DNA of 64,000 bases from an uncultured cyanobacterium. Lineage in GTDB: Bacteria; Cyanobacteriota; Cyanobacteriia; Phormidesmidales; Phormidesmidaceae. Location: assembly GCA_963793265.1 (NCBI GenBank), contig CAWBZI010000005.1, forward strand, positions 128,001-192,000. Reading direction: 5' to 3'. Position 1 is the first letter of the stretch, and each line of letters opens with the position of its first letter. Shown piece after piece: positions 9,674 to 19,889 of the stretch. The notes under the pieces were generated by a model that worked only from the letters and a program-made list of their open reading frames with translations, had not been told where the DNA came from and ran no database searches. The position numbers were made by a program, and so were the translations under genes.

Positions 9674-10549
9674 ATGCCCGAAAATCCCACGCCTAAAGAG
9701 ATTTTGTCCGCACTGCTGCCTTTCTTGAAAACCGCAGGAGCCTACGCTGATCAAATCCAGCAGCGGATCGCATCTTTACCTGATAAGTACGATGGCGATC
9801 ATCTCTTTGCCAATGCCCTAACAGATGCAGACCTTTCGATTCAAACGTTTATAGAAGTCGTGCTGCTCGCAAAGTTTCCAAACGTGCGCTTTTACGGTGA
9901 GGAGTACGAAACGACTTACAACACCAAGTACTTTAGGGCGATTGATTTGGGGCCGCAGGGTGACTACCTGATCACGCTTGACCCGATTGACGGCACCCGC
10001 TATTACATGGACGGCCATCCTAACTATTTGGTGATTTTGACGATCGCGAATGCAGATAATTTTGAGGCAGCGATCGCACTTAGCCCAGCCAACAACCGCT
10101 ACTACTACACCCTTCGCAATCAGGGCACTTTTGTCGGCAGCATGAGCGACACGCTAGACGAATGCACACCGCTAAAAGTAGATAATCCTGGAGAGAAAGT
10201 GTTGTTGGGATGGGCGCTGAGTCCGATTGCCGATAAGGTGCGATCGCACTTCCCCATCATCGATCTCAAAAAAGACTATTCTTCCACCACACCCGTTCCA
10301 CCTATTAACGGACTGCTGACCGGAGAAATCGCAGGGGTTGTATTGGCCAGCGCTCAGTTTATTGATACGGCCGCCCTTGCCTGGATGGCGCAAGAAATGG
10401 GCTACTTACTTACAAAATTTGACGGTAGCGAGCTACCGCCCCTTTCAGCGTGTGCCAACTACCGTCAATCCGAAATCATTGTTTCTGCAACCGCAGAAAT
10501 GCAACAGCAGCTCATTGACATAATGAAATCTGTAGAGCTGCCGCTATAA
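9674..10549 (+). CDS. Inositol monophosphatase family protein
   Basis: T.AD, GEE and LDPIDGT motifs; start placed at MPENP. Confidence 0.85.
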   Translation: MPENPTPKEILSALLPFLKTAGAYADQIQQRIASLPDKYDGDHLFANALTDADLSIQTFIEVVLLAKFPNVRFYGEEYETTYNTKYFRAIDLGPQGDYLITLDPIDGTRYYMDGHPNYLVILTIANADNFEAAIALSPANNRYYYTLRNQGTFVGSMSDTLDECTPLKVDNPGEKVLLGWALSPIADKVRSHFPIIDLKKDYSSTTPVPPINGLLTGEIAGVVLASAQFIDTAALAWMAQEMGYLLTKFDGSELPPLSACANYRQSEIIVSATAEMQQQLIDIMKSVELPL

Positions 10550-10565
10550 GCATTTAGCAGGCTGT

Positions 10566-10775
10566 TTACTCTTCGCCGCCTTCGCCACCTTCCTCCAAAG
10601 GCTCCTCTTCTAAAGGCTCTTCTTCTAAAGGCTCCTCTATCGGCTCACCCACATCGCCGTCAATTTCAGTGTCTTCTGTGGGGCCACCGCAAGCCGTTGC
10701 CAGCGTAGCAACCAAACCCAGTGAAAGGAACAGCGCCGTTGGTTTTAATCTTTTGTTCTTGCTTTTCTCAGTCAT
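10566..10775 (-). CDS. Small acidic lipoprotein with EEPLE repeats
   Basis: Basic N-terminus, hydrophobic stretch, lipobox-like ATAC, Glu-rich tail. Confidence 0.6.
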   Translation of the reverse strand: MTEKSKNKRLKPTALFLSLGLVATLATACGGPTEDTEIDGDVGEPIEEPLEEEPLEEEPLEEGGEGGEE

Positions 10776-10903
10776 ATTTAATGCAAAGTAAACAACATAA
10801 GCCAACGACCATCGTATAAATAACGACACTAAATTTCAATAGGCCGAAATGAATATGCGCTGTTCTGCCTTTGAGAGGTTGCGTTTTCAGCAAAAGCGTG
10901 GGC

Positions 10904-11959
10904 CTAAGGCATAGGCTCTACATCTGAGGTCTTTACCGTTCCTTTCATCGCATCAATCTCTAACAGGCTCACAATGGCACTCGCCGCGGGTATCGAAAGA
11001 AAAATGCCTAATACACCTGCAATCCGAGCACCTACAATCAGTGCAAAAAACATCACCACCGGATTGATGTTGAGCGAATCTTTCATAATTCGGGGCAGCA
11101 GCAGGTTTTCTTCTACTTGCTGAAGCACGACGCAGGTGACCGCCGACTGCAAGGCCAAAGCAATACTTTGAGAAAGTAGAAACAGCGAGATAAGTCCGAT
11201 GCCAATCGTCGCACCGATGCCTGGAATGAGATCAAACAAACCTGCAATCACAGCGAGCGTAAGGGCGTAAGGCACTTTGAGAATCAGAAACACGATAAAG
11301 GTAGAAACGCCGAAGAAGATAGAGAGCAGCAGCCGCCCCCAGAAAAAGCCTAGCAGACTTTTTTGGACTGTTGTTGCTACGCGATCGCGCTGAGCAGGTG
11401 GAAATCTGTTGATAATGAGATGCCATATGCGATCGCCATCCAACAGCATAAAAAAGGTTACCACCGCAATCAAAATAGCGTGCAAAAAGTTGCTTAACAG
11501 CGCCTGTAATAGCCCAATGCCCGCACCCAAAATACCAGCCGCCTGATCTCTAAGCTGCGCGCTTAAAGACTGCAAATCGACCGGCAAATTCCACCGTTCA
11601 AACGTACGCTCAATAGCTTCGAGCCGGGGCATTAAAGATGTAAGCAAGTCAGTAAGATTGTCGATTAGCGGCTGTCCCTGGGAGAGCACTGCCAAGCCAA
11701 TAGTGGCCACCATGCCGCCGATGAGAATAATAGCAACAATAAAGACCGTAAAAACGGCAATACTGTGAGGCAAAAACCGCTTGAGCCAGCGCACCGGATA
11801 GCTGAGCAGAAACGCCAGAATAGTCGCGGTAGCAAACACCACCACCACAATCTCAAAATATTCTAAAACCTCAATCGCCGCCCAGCCGCAGGCAAACAAC
11901 AACAGATACCTCACCAGCGAGGAGGTGCTGAAATAAGTCCAAAGCGGGTGGCCTTGCAT
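10904..11959 (-). CDS. AI-2E family transporter
   Basis: Multi-TM; IPGIG, QQVEENLLLPRIM and NPVVMFFAL motifs. Confidence 0.85.
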   Translation of the reverse strand: MQGHPLWTYFSTSSLVRYLLLFACGWAAIEVLEYFEIVVVVFATATILAFLLSYPVRWLKRFLPHSIAVFTVFIVAIILIGGMVATIGLAVLSQGQPLIDNLTDLLTSLMPRLEAIERTFERWNLPVDLQSLSAQLRDQAAGILGAGIGLLQALLSNFLHAILIAVVTFFMLLDGDRIWHLIINRFPPAQRDRVATTVQKSLLGFFWGRLLLSIFFGVSTFIVFLILKVPYALTLAVIAGLFDLIPGIGATIGIGLISLFLLSQSIALALQSAVTCVVLQQVEENLLLPRIMKDSLNINPVVMFFALIVGARIAGVLGIFLSIPAASAIVSLLEIDAMKGTVKTSDVEPMP

Positions 11960-11992
11960 AGTGGGGTGCCTGTTATGGATGAGTGCATGGGC

Positions 11993-12316
11993 CTAGTCGG
12001 AAGCCTCAGCCGCTTTGACTAAAACGTAGGGCTGCACAATAAGCGACGTAAAGTGCCAGTGGCTTGCAGATCCTTCGTTCCACTGTGAAAGCTGTTTAGC
12101 CGTTGGCTTACCGATGAGCTGTTCGTTAATCCAGCGCGCTACGGCCTGGGTATTGTCTGTTGCGATCGCAACGCCCACATCCACCAAATCCAAATCAGGA
12201 TTCACCACCACCACCGCATCTCTTTTCACATGGGGTTCAAGCACAGCCCACGGCACCGGCCCCATCATCTTCGTTAGCTCCTGACGCAAATCCTGCGCCT
12301 GCAAATCCTCAGCCAT
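11993..12316 (-). CDS. DUF2288 family protein
   Basis: W..L.PH..RDAV..V...LDLVDVG.AIA.DN...V..W and IVQPYVLV. Confidence 0.75.
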   Translation of the reverse strand: MAEDLQAQDLRQELTKMMGPVPWAVLEPHVKRDAVVVVNPDLDLVDVGVAIATDNTQAVARWINEQLIGKPTAKQLSQWNEGSASHWHFTSLIVQPYVLVKAAEASD

Positions 12317-12365
12317 CAATACTCTTAGCTACCGTACAAAAAGCATTTTACCGCCTTTGCCGCCG

Positions 12366-13019
12366 CTATCGCCCCAGCGCATGCAGCGCATGAATCTCAT
12401 CTACGCATTTTTGAGTAATCTCCTTCAGCGCGCCCTTATCTTTAGCAGAATCCGGTGGTGCAATCGGCTCCCCAATCCGTACCGTGACTGGGCTTGGTCT
12501 TGGCAACGCCGACCCCTTAGTCAAAATCTTCTCAGTGCCCCACAGGCTCACGGGCAGCAAAGGCACCTGAGCTTTCGCTGCAATCATCGCCGCCCCCAGC
12601 TTAGGCGATGAGATCCTACCATCCGGCGTCCGCACGCCCTGCAAAAAAATCCCCACCGCCCAGCCGTGTTCTAACTGCTTTAGCGCCTCTCTAATCGCAC
12701 TGCGATCTGCCGACCCACGCTTCACCGGATACGCCCCATACGCCCGAATAGCAGGCGCTAGCACCGGCACTTCAAACAGCGACTCCTTGGCCATAAACGA
12801 CACGGGCCTGCGGATACAGTTCGCCAGCAGCACCGGATCGACATTGCTAGCATGATTAGCCACTACAATAAGCGGCCCGGTCATCGGCACCTTTTTTGCG
12901 CCATAGATGCGCCCGCGCCAGTAGCTATGCAGCACCGGACTCACCACCGACCACTTAAATAGGTGATAGAGCGCCAGGCTAATAAACGGTTCACGGGGTT
13001 GGGCCATCTCTTCTGCCAT
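12366..13019 (-). CDS. plsC: 1-acyl-sn-glycerol-3-phosphate acyltransferase
   Basis: NHAS..D acyltransferase motif, FMAKESLF, FLQG.R; downstream of fabD. Confidence 0.85.
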   Translation of the reverse strand: MAEEMAQPREPFISLALYHLFKWSVVSPVLHSYWRGRIYGAKKVPMTGPLIVVANHASNVDPVLLANCIRRPVSFMAKESLFEVPVLAPAIRAYGAYPVKRGSADRSAIREALKQLEHGWAVGIFLQGVRTPDGRISSPKLGAAMIAAKAQVPLLPVSLWGTEKILTKGSALPRPSPVTVRIGEPIAPPDSAKDKGALKEITQKCVDEIHALHALGR

Positions 13020-13053
13020 CAGCTCATACGACGAATTGTTAAAAGGTTAGCAG

Positions 13054-13935
13054 CTAAGCATTTTCTGTCTTAACTGATTCAACAGTACTCACATTCCTGA
13101 GTGCTAGACCTTTACAGGTGCGCTTGATCAAACCTGTTAATACTTTTCCTGGGCCAACTTCAACCACCAAGTCTACGTTTTGTTCTGGCAGGTTAAGAGA
13201 GATTTCGCGCCAGCGGACAGCGCCTGTCATTTGGCCTCTGAGCCGCGCTTTTAGCTCGGCTGCACCCGTCTGTGGGCTCGGGTCTACGTTAGACATTACT
13301 GCAACTTTGGCGTCTTGAAAGGCCACCTCAGTGAGTACATCTTCAAAGGATTGGGCCGCATCAGCCATTAAAGGAGAGTGAAAGGCACCGCCTACGTTTA
13401 GCTTGACGGCGCGCTTAGCTTTTACACCATTCATCACAGCTTCTACAGCTTCAGGCGTGCCCGAAATAACAACCTGACCAGGACTGTTGTCGTTAGCGAG
13501 AACAACCCCTTCGGTTTCAGCGATTTTGGCGTCTAGCTCGTCGCGCTTAAATCCCATAAATGCGGCCATCGCGCCTGACGAGGCTTGAGACATTAGCTCG
13601 GAGCGCTTTTTGACCAGGTGAAGGCCCGAGGCAAAGTCATAGACGCCTGCGGCATAGAGGGCGGAATATTCTCCTAAGCTGTGGCCTGCTACAACATCGG
13701 GCTGTTGCCCAGCGGCGCTAAGCAAATCGGCTAGGGCGCATTCAATTACGTAGAGGCTAGGCTGGGTGTAAAGGGTGCTGGTGAGCTTGTCTTCTTTTTG
13801 ACAAACGTCTAAGACAGACCAACCTAAAATTTCTTGGGCTTCAGCGAGGTGATCGCGACAAACTTCAGCTAAATCGGCCCCCATCCCAACAGCCTGTGAT
13901 CCTTGCCCCGGAAACACCCACGCAGTTTTTGACAT
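13054..13935 (-). CDS. fabD: Malonyl-CoA:ACP transacylase
   Basis: FPGQGSQ, GHSLGEY, GAFHS motifs. Confidence 0.95.
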   Translation of the reverse strand: MSKTAWVFPGQGSQAVGMGADLAEVCRDHLAEAQEILGWSVLDVCQKEDKLTSTLYTQPSLYVIECALADLLSAAGQQPDVVAGHSLGEYSALYAAGVYDFASGLHLVKKRSELMSQASSGAMAAFMGFKRDELDAKIAETEGVVLANDNSPGQVVISGTPEAVEAVMNGVKAKRAVKLNVGGAFHSPLMADAAQSFEDVLTEVAFQDAKVAVMSNVDPSPQTGAAELKARLRGQMTGAVRWREISLNLPEQNVDLVVEVGPGKVLTGLIKRTCKGLALRNVSTVESVKTENA

Positions 13936-14008
13936 AATCTACAACAGTTTTATAAGGTTTGAGCTTAAAGAGTGACAGCAGGAAAATAGGAGACTTTTTA
14001 AAGGACTG

Positions 14009-15088
14009 CTACTGACCCCATTTAAGAATGGCAGCGCCCCACGAAAGCCCTGCGCCAAAGCCAGAGAGAGCCAGCGTGTCGCCAGGTTTTATTTTGCCAG
14101 CGCGCACCCATTCGTCTAGGGCAATGGGGATAGAAGCAGCATCGGTGTTGCCGTGTTTGGCCATGTTGCTCACCACGCGATCGCTCGGCACGCCCAGCCT
14201 TTTCGCCGCGGCATCTAATATTCGCTGGTTCGCCTGATGCAGTATCAGCCAGTCAATATCTGCTGTTTTTAGGCCCGCATGAAAAATAGACTTTTCGAGA
14301 GTTTCAGGAACGCGGTTGACGGCAAAGCGGTAAACTTCACGGCCATTCATAGTCACAGTATTGAACTGGCCTTTTTGCACCGTGATATCGTCTACTAGCG
14401 TCTCGGACTCATGCGCGTAGGCCACGTTTAGGCAGTCATTTAGGGTGCCGTCGCTGTGCATCTCAAAGCTGAGGAGGCGATCGCACCCTTCACTTCTTTG
14501 CATCACAATGGCCCCGGCCCCGTCGCCAAATAATACGCAGGTGCGGCGATCGCTCCAGTCCGTCAGTCGCGATAGAATATCGGCCCCAATCACCACCACA
14601 TTCTTATAAGCGCCCGTGCGAATGAACTGCGCTGCCGTAACCAGCGCAAACACAAAGCCAGAACAGGCCGCTGTAATATCAAAAGCAACTGCTCTGGTCG
14701 CACCAATTTCGGCTTGAATTTGGCAGGCAGAGCCGAATAAATCGTCTGGGGTAGAGGTCGCCAAGATGATGAGATCAATCTCTGTAGGGGTGAGGTTGGC
14801 CTGGGCGATCGCCGCTCTCGCCGCCTGACCGCCAATAGAGCGAATCGAATCACCCACAGCAGCAATATGCCGCGAGCGAATCCCTGTGCGCGAGGCAATC
14901 CACTCGTCTGAGGTATCGACCACCGTCGCTAGCCGCTCATTGCTCAGCACCGTCTCCAAACGGGCCGAACCGCTACCGATAAAAGCCACGCCAAACGAGC
15001 TACCCAAAGCCTCTTCAACAGACTGGCTCGGTGATTGGCTCGGTGATTGGCCCGACGGTCGGCTAGACGAAACGGATTGCTGAGTCAT
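14009..15088 (-). CDS. fabH: 3-oxoacyl-ACP synthase III
   Basis: AACSGF, LFGDGAGA, HQAN.RI, GFGAGLSW; Ser/Gln/Pro-rich N-terminal extension from 12-bp repeats. Confidence 0.95.
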   Translation of the reverse strand: MTQQSVSSSRPSGQSPSQSPSQSVEEALGSSFGVAFIGSGSARLETVLSNERLATVVDTSDEWIASRTGIRSRHIAAVGDSIRSIGGQAARAAIAQANLTPTEIDLIILATSTPDDLFGSACQIQAEIGATRAVAFDITAACSGFVFALVTAAQFIRTGAYKNVVVIGADILSRLTDWSDRRTCVLFGDGAGAIVMQRSEGCDRLLSFEMHSDGTLNDCLNVAYAHESETLVDDITVQKGQFNTVTMNGREVYRFAVNRVPETLEKSIFHAGLKTADIDWLILHQANQRILDAAAKRLGVPSDRVVSNMAKHGNTDAASIPIALDEWVRAGKIKPGDTLALSGFGAGLSWGAAILKWGQ

Positions 15089-15092
15089 CTAT

Positions 15093-16142
15093 CTATTCAC
15101 CGGTAGCTTTAGCAGTTGCCTTGGCCGTATCTGCAACCTTTGTGTACTGACTTTGAATGCGATCTAATACCTGATTATCCACCGCGTCTTTGGCTAAGCG
15201 AATCGCATTAAAGATAGAAGGTGCTTTGGAGCTGCCATGACTAATCACCGCAATTCCAGCGACGCCAAGCAGCAGCCCACCACCATGCTCAGCATGATCC
15301 ACACGCTGCTTAATCCGCTTTAAATTGCCTTTGAGTAACGTGCAGCCGACCTTACCAGCAACGCCCTGAGGCAGCTCCTCACGCAAGATTTGCAGCACCG
15401 ATTCGCCTACGGCCTCAGCAAACTTTAGCAGCACATTGCCCGTAAACCCATCGCACACAATCACATCAAAATCGCCAGATAGCACGTCGCGGCCCTCGGC
15501 ATTGCCGACAAAGTTGATTGCAGACTGCTCAGTCAGCGCGTTATGCACCTGCACAACGACTTCATTACCCTTACTCTTCTCTTCACCAATATTCAGCAGG
15601 CCGACCTTCGGTGACTCGTTCCCGATCACGTACTGAGAATAAAGGCTGCCCATCACCGCGAACTGCTCCAGGTATTTAGGCCGACAGTCTACGTTTGCGC
15701 CCACATCTAATATCAGCACAGGTTTACCCGCGATCACTGTCGGAAACACAGCTCCAATCGCAGGTCGAACAATGCCTTTTATTCGACCTAACCGCAGCAG
15801 CGCCGCCGCCATCGCCGCACCAGAGTGGCCCGCCGACACCACGCCATCAGCCCGGCCCTGCTTCACCAAATCCATCGACACATTAATAGAGGCTTTGGGC
15901 TTACGGCGCAGTGCGCTCAAAGGCTCCTCGTGCATCTCGATGGTGCCTTCAGCAGGCACTATTTCAATGTCATTCAGCAGATCAAGCTGAGATACCGAAG
16001 CTTTGATCTGGTCGGCATCGCCTACCAAAATCACTTCAATACCCAGCTCTTCCTTGGCTCTGATAGCGCCCGCGACAACCTCAGCAGGCGCATAATCGCC
16101 ACCCGTTGCGTCTACTGCAATGCGTACCTGCTTTGAATCCAT
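15093..16142 (-). CDS. plsX: Phosphate acyltransferase
   Basis: IAVDA.GGDYAP, LDVGANVD, CDGF.GN, HGSS motifs. Confidence 0.95.
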   Translation of the reverse strand: MDSKQVRIAVDATGGDYAPAEVVAGAIRAKEELGIEVILVGDADQIKASVSQLDLLNDIEIVPAEGTIEMHEEPLSALRRKPKASINVSMDLVKQGRADGVVSAGHSGAAMAAALLRLGRIKGIVRPAIGAVFPTVIAGKPVLILDVGANVDCRPKYLEQFAVMGSLYSQYVIGNESPKVGLLNIGEEKSKGNEVVVQVHNALTEQSAINFVGNAEGRDVLSGDFDVIVCDGFTGNVLLKFAEAVGESVLQILREELPQGVAGKVGCTLLKGNLKRIKQRVDHAEHGGGLLLGVAGIAVISHGSSKAPSIFNAIRLAKDAVDNQVLDRIQSQYTKVADTAKATAKATGE

Positions 16143-16261
16143 GAAAGCTATATCCCAACAAGTTAGTCTTATAGAAACTTTATGAATTCTATCAGACTAC
16201 CTATGGACTAATCCATTGGGAATAGGTAAATTGCGCTCTTAAATATCTAACAAAAGAGGCG

Positions 16262-16990
16262 TTATTCTTCGCCAGGCTCAACAATTCGCTGGAATAGATA
16301 GCCCGTACCGCGCGCCGTCAAAATCAGCTCAGGGTTACTAGGATCGTCTTCTAGCTTGGCACGCAGGCGAGAGATATGAACGTCTACCACGCGGGTGTCC
16401 ACGTGGCGTTCAGGCGTGTAGCCCCACACTTCTTGCAAAATCTCAGAGCGCGAGAACGGCTCGCCTGAGCGGCTGACCAGTAGCTCTAGCAGGCTAAACT
16501 CCATGCCAGTGAGGCGGATGCGCTCGTCGCCTTTGTACACCTGACGCTTGTTGGTGTCGATGCGGATATTGTTAATGGTGATCACGCCCGAGCTAGGAAT
16601 GCCCGACGCGCCCGTTTTCTCAACCCGGCGCAGCACGGAGCGAATGCGAGCCTCTAGCTCTTTGGGGGAAAATGGCTTGACAACGTAGTCGTCTGCGCCT
16701 AGCTCTAGGCCAGTGATGCGGTCGGCAACGTCGCCCAAGGCAGTAAGCATAATGATGGGAATATCTGACTCTTTGCGCAACTCCTGACACACGCCGTAGC
16801 CGTCTAGCTTGGGCATCATCACGTCTAGCACTACCAAATCAGGAATAGTGTTACGAAAGGTTTCTAGGGCTTCTTCACCGTCAGCGGCAGTCACGACATC
16901 ATAGCCAATCATAGAGAGGCGAGTTTCGAGGATTCGACGGATGCTGGCTTCGTCATCAACCACCAGGATTTTTTCTTTAACGCTTTCCAA
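16262..16990 (-). CDS. rpaB: OmpR-family response regulator RpaB (Ycf27)
   Basis: KEKILVVDDEASIRRILETRLSMIGY and LTARGTGYLFQR, characteristic of RpaB; TTG start. Confidence 0.92.
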   Translation of the reverse strand: MESVKEKILVVDDEASIRRILETRLSMIGYDVVTAADGEEALETFRNTIPDLVVLDVMMPKLDGYGVCQELRKESDIPIIMLTALGDVADRITGLELGADDYVVKPFSPKELEARIRSVLRRVEKTGASGIPSSGVITINNIRIDTNKRQVYKGDERIRLTGMEFSLLELLVSRSGEPFSRSEILQEVWGYTPERHVDTRVVDVHISRLRAKLEDDPSNPELILTARGTGYLFQRIVEPGEE

Positions 16991-17433
16991 AGCTCTCTAA
17001 ACTCCTATTAAGGTCGCGGCTGATTGCGAAGCAGTCGTTACAAAGGGGTAATTAACGTTTGCAATCAACGGTTTGTGCAGGATTATCATTCTACAGACTA
17101 ATTGTATGTCTTTGAATGCTCTTGAACCGCTTACCTATTTGGGTTTCACGGTTTCTTAAGGTTTGTGCCACTTGTCAAAGAACTGTCACGAATCGCTATA
17201 TCACTGGTGGGATATAGGGTTTAGATCTATGAAAGTTAGCATTTGAGGACAATTGTTCTGATTTCTTCTTAATTTATGGAGTCTGCGATTCTTTTCTTAT
17301 TTGCAAAGAAATGTGTCGAATTCAGTCCGCTTGCTCGCCCCATCGCTGCCGTGCCAATTTTCTCAACAACACAACCTCCACTAGGTACGTTTATACTAGG
17401 TAAGGTCTATCCCTTCTACCTCAAGCCCTGATC

Positions 17434-18909
17434 GTGCCTAAAACTCGCTCAATATATGTGTGTAATGCCTGTGGCGCGGAGTCTCGCCAGTACTTCGGCA
17501 AATGCCCTACCTGTAATAGCTGGAACTGCCTGGTAGAGCAAAAGGTGGAGGCGAAAGAAGATACGACGACGCGGCCTAGCATGAAGTCACGCACGAGCAA
17601 GCGCCGTAAAAGTCAGCCGCCTGCGCAGCCGCGATTATCACTTACGTTTAATCAAATTCAGGATCATCCTCAGGCCCGGATTCCTTCGGGTTATTTTGAG
17701 CTAGATAGAGTGCTAGGCGGTGGCATTGTGCCGGGTTCGCTGGTGCTGCTCGGGGGCGATCCGGGGATTGGAAAATCGACGCTGCTTTTGCAAACGGCCA
17801 ATCAGCTTGCAAAAGAGACGCCGATTTTGTATGTGTGCGCAGAAGAGTCAGGGCAGCAGGTGAAGCTCAGGTCGCTTCGCTTAGGCATTAACGACAGTAC
17901 AGACAGCTCAAAAGAACCTACCAAAGGCAACATTCACGAAAATCTCTATCTGTTACCTGAGACGAACCTGGAAACCATTCTCGAAGAGTTGGAGTCGCTG
18001 CGCCCACAGGTGGCAGTCATCGATAGTATTCAAGCATTGTTCTATTCGGCATTGACTTCGGCACCCGGATCGGTGGCGCAGGTAAGAGAGTGTACGTCGG
18101 CGCTAATGCAGCTTGCGAAAAAAGAGAATATTTCGCTGTTCATTGTGGGTCATGTGACTAAAGAAGGGGCGATCGCAGGCCCGAAAGTATTGGAGCACTT
18201 GGTTGATACGGTGCTGTATTTTGAGGGCGATCGCTTTGCCAGTCACCGGCTGCTGCGCTCTGTGAAAAACCGCTTTGGGGCCACCCATGAGCTAGGCGTG
18301 TTTGAGATGGTGGATAAGGGCTTAGCAGAAGTGTTGAACCCTTCGGAGCTATTTATGAGCAGCCAGGAAGAGAATGTGCCAGGCGTTGCCACGATAGTAG
18401 CCTGTGAAGGAACGCGGCCTATTGTTGTAGAGTTACAGTCTTTGGTAAGCCCAACGAGCTACAGTTCTCCTCGCCGGTCTACAACAGGCATTGAATACAA
18501 CAGATTGTTGCAAATCTTGGCGGTACTAGAGAAAAGAGTAGGGATTCCGCTTTCTAAGCTGGATGCCTATGTGGCTTCTTCGGGCGGGTTAAATGTGGGG
18601 GAGCCTGCGGCAGATTTAGGGATTGCAGTGGCGGTGGCGGCAAGCTTTCGCGATCGCATTATTGACCCCGAACTTGTCCTAATTGGCGAAGTAGGCTTAG
18701 GCGGGCAGATTCGCCCGGTGTCGCAAATGGAGCTGCGGTTGAAAGAAGCGGCCAAGCTAGGGTTTAAGCGAGCGCTGGTGCCGAAGGGGCAAAAGCGCGA
18801 TGGGCTCGGGATGGAGGTGATTGAGGTAGGACGGGTTGTGGATGCGATCGCGACTGCTTTGGCTAACTCCACCCAACACGAACCTGAAGAATCCTCTGCA
18901 AAAGATTAA
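17434..18909 (+). CDS. radA: DNA repair protein RadA/Sms
   Basis: C4 zinc finger, GDPGIGKST, KNRFG motif. Confidence 0.95.
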   Translation: MPKTRSIYVCNACGAESRQYFGKCPTCNSWNCLVEQKVEAKEDTTTRPSMKSRTSKRRKSQPPAQPRLSLTFNQIQDHPQARIPSGYFELDRVLGGGIVPGSLVLLGGDPGIGKSTLLLQTANQLAKETPILYVCAEESGQQVKLRSLRLGINDSTDSSKEPTKGNIHENLYLLPETNLETILEELESLRPQVAVIDSIQALFYSALTSAPGSVAQVRECTSALMQLAKKENISLFIVGHVTKEGAIAGPKVLEHLVDTVLYFEGDRFASHRLLRSVKNRFGATHELGVFEMVDKGLAEVLNPSELFMSSQEENVPGVATIVACEGTRPIVVELQSLVSPTSYSSPRRSTTGIEYNRLLQILAVLEKRVGIPLSKLDAYVASSGGLNVGEPAADLGIAVAVAASFRDRIIDPELVLIGEVGLGGQIRPVSQMELRLKEAAKLGFKRALVPKGQKRDGLGMEVIEVGRVVDAIATALANSTQHEPEESSAKD

Positions 18910-18989
18910 GGAACTTGTCATAACGTGCTTGGTGAATAGTATATTGAATCTGTTTTTCTACAAGACTTAGTTCAAACGACCATTGCGAT

Positions 18990-19868
18990 CTAACCTTTCT
19001 TTAATAGGTTTCTCCCAAGGTCGTTAGCGATCGCAGTCCCCAACAGCACCAGCAAACCACCAAAGATCATTGCTCTCGTCATTGGCTCGCCTAAAAAGAT
19101 TGCGCCCCACAGCATCGCAAACACGGGAATGAGATAAGTTACTGTCAATGCCTTCGTAGACCCTACGTTTTGAATCAGGCGAAAGTAAAGGAGATAGGCG
19201 ATGGATGTGGAGAAGAGGGCTAGTGCGACAACGGAGAGCCAGATGTTGGCGGTAGGCATTACGGCAGGGAGAGTGAAAGGGAGGGCGGGAACGAGAAAAA
19301 TGGCGGCGCTGAGCTGGCTGATGGTCGCGATCGCAATCGGTGGCACGCCTGCAAGCTGTTGTTTGGTGTAGGGAGCAGCGATCGCATACATCAAAGCTGC
19401 TGACAAACCCGCAACTACCGCAATCCAAAAGTCAGCCGTCACCGCAACCAAATTCCACCCCACCAAAACCGTCACCCCGGCAAAGCCCAAGGCAAACCCA
19501 ATCATTCGGGCAATGGTCAGCCTTTCACCTAGCCATATAGCCGCAACAACAGTACCAAACAAAGGCGCGGTTGCATTCAAAATAGACGTAAATCCAGCAG
19601 GCAGAGAGATAGAGGCGAAGGCTAGCAGTAGAAAGGGTATCGCTGAATTGAGACAGCCGACGATAAATAAAGGAACTGCTTTGCGACGTGCAATTTCCCA
19701 AAGGTCGGCCCGAATAAACAAAGGTAACAAGGCTACGCCAGCTAGCAGTACGCGAATTTCAATTAGCCAGACCGGCCCCAGCACAGGAGCCGCTATCCGC
19801 AAAAACAAGAAAGAGCCTCCCCACAGCGCCGCTAGCATGAGTAATTCAACAATATCTGACCCTTTCAT
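18990..19868 (-). CDS. EamA/DMT family transporter
   Basis: LWGGSF, about ten TM segments, YLIPVFA..WG..FLGE. Confidence 0.9.
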   Translation of the reverse strand: MKGSDIVELLMLAALWGGSFLFLRIAAPVLGPVWLIEIRVLLAGVALLPLFIRADLWEIARRKAVPLFIVGCLNSAIPFLLLAFASISLPAGFTSILNATAPLFGTVVAAIWLGERLTIARMIGFALGFAGVTVLVGWNLVAVTADFWIAVVAGLSAALMYAIAAPYTKQQLAGVPPIAIATISQLSAAIFLVPALPFTLPAVMPTANIWLSVVALALFSTSIAYLLYFRLIQNVGSTKALTVTYLIPVFAMLWGAIFLGEPMTRAMIFGGLLVLLGTAIANDLGRNLLKKG

Positions 19869-19889
19869 AGCGATGCCTCTGCAATATCT

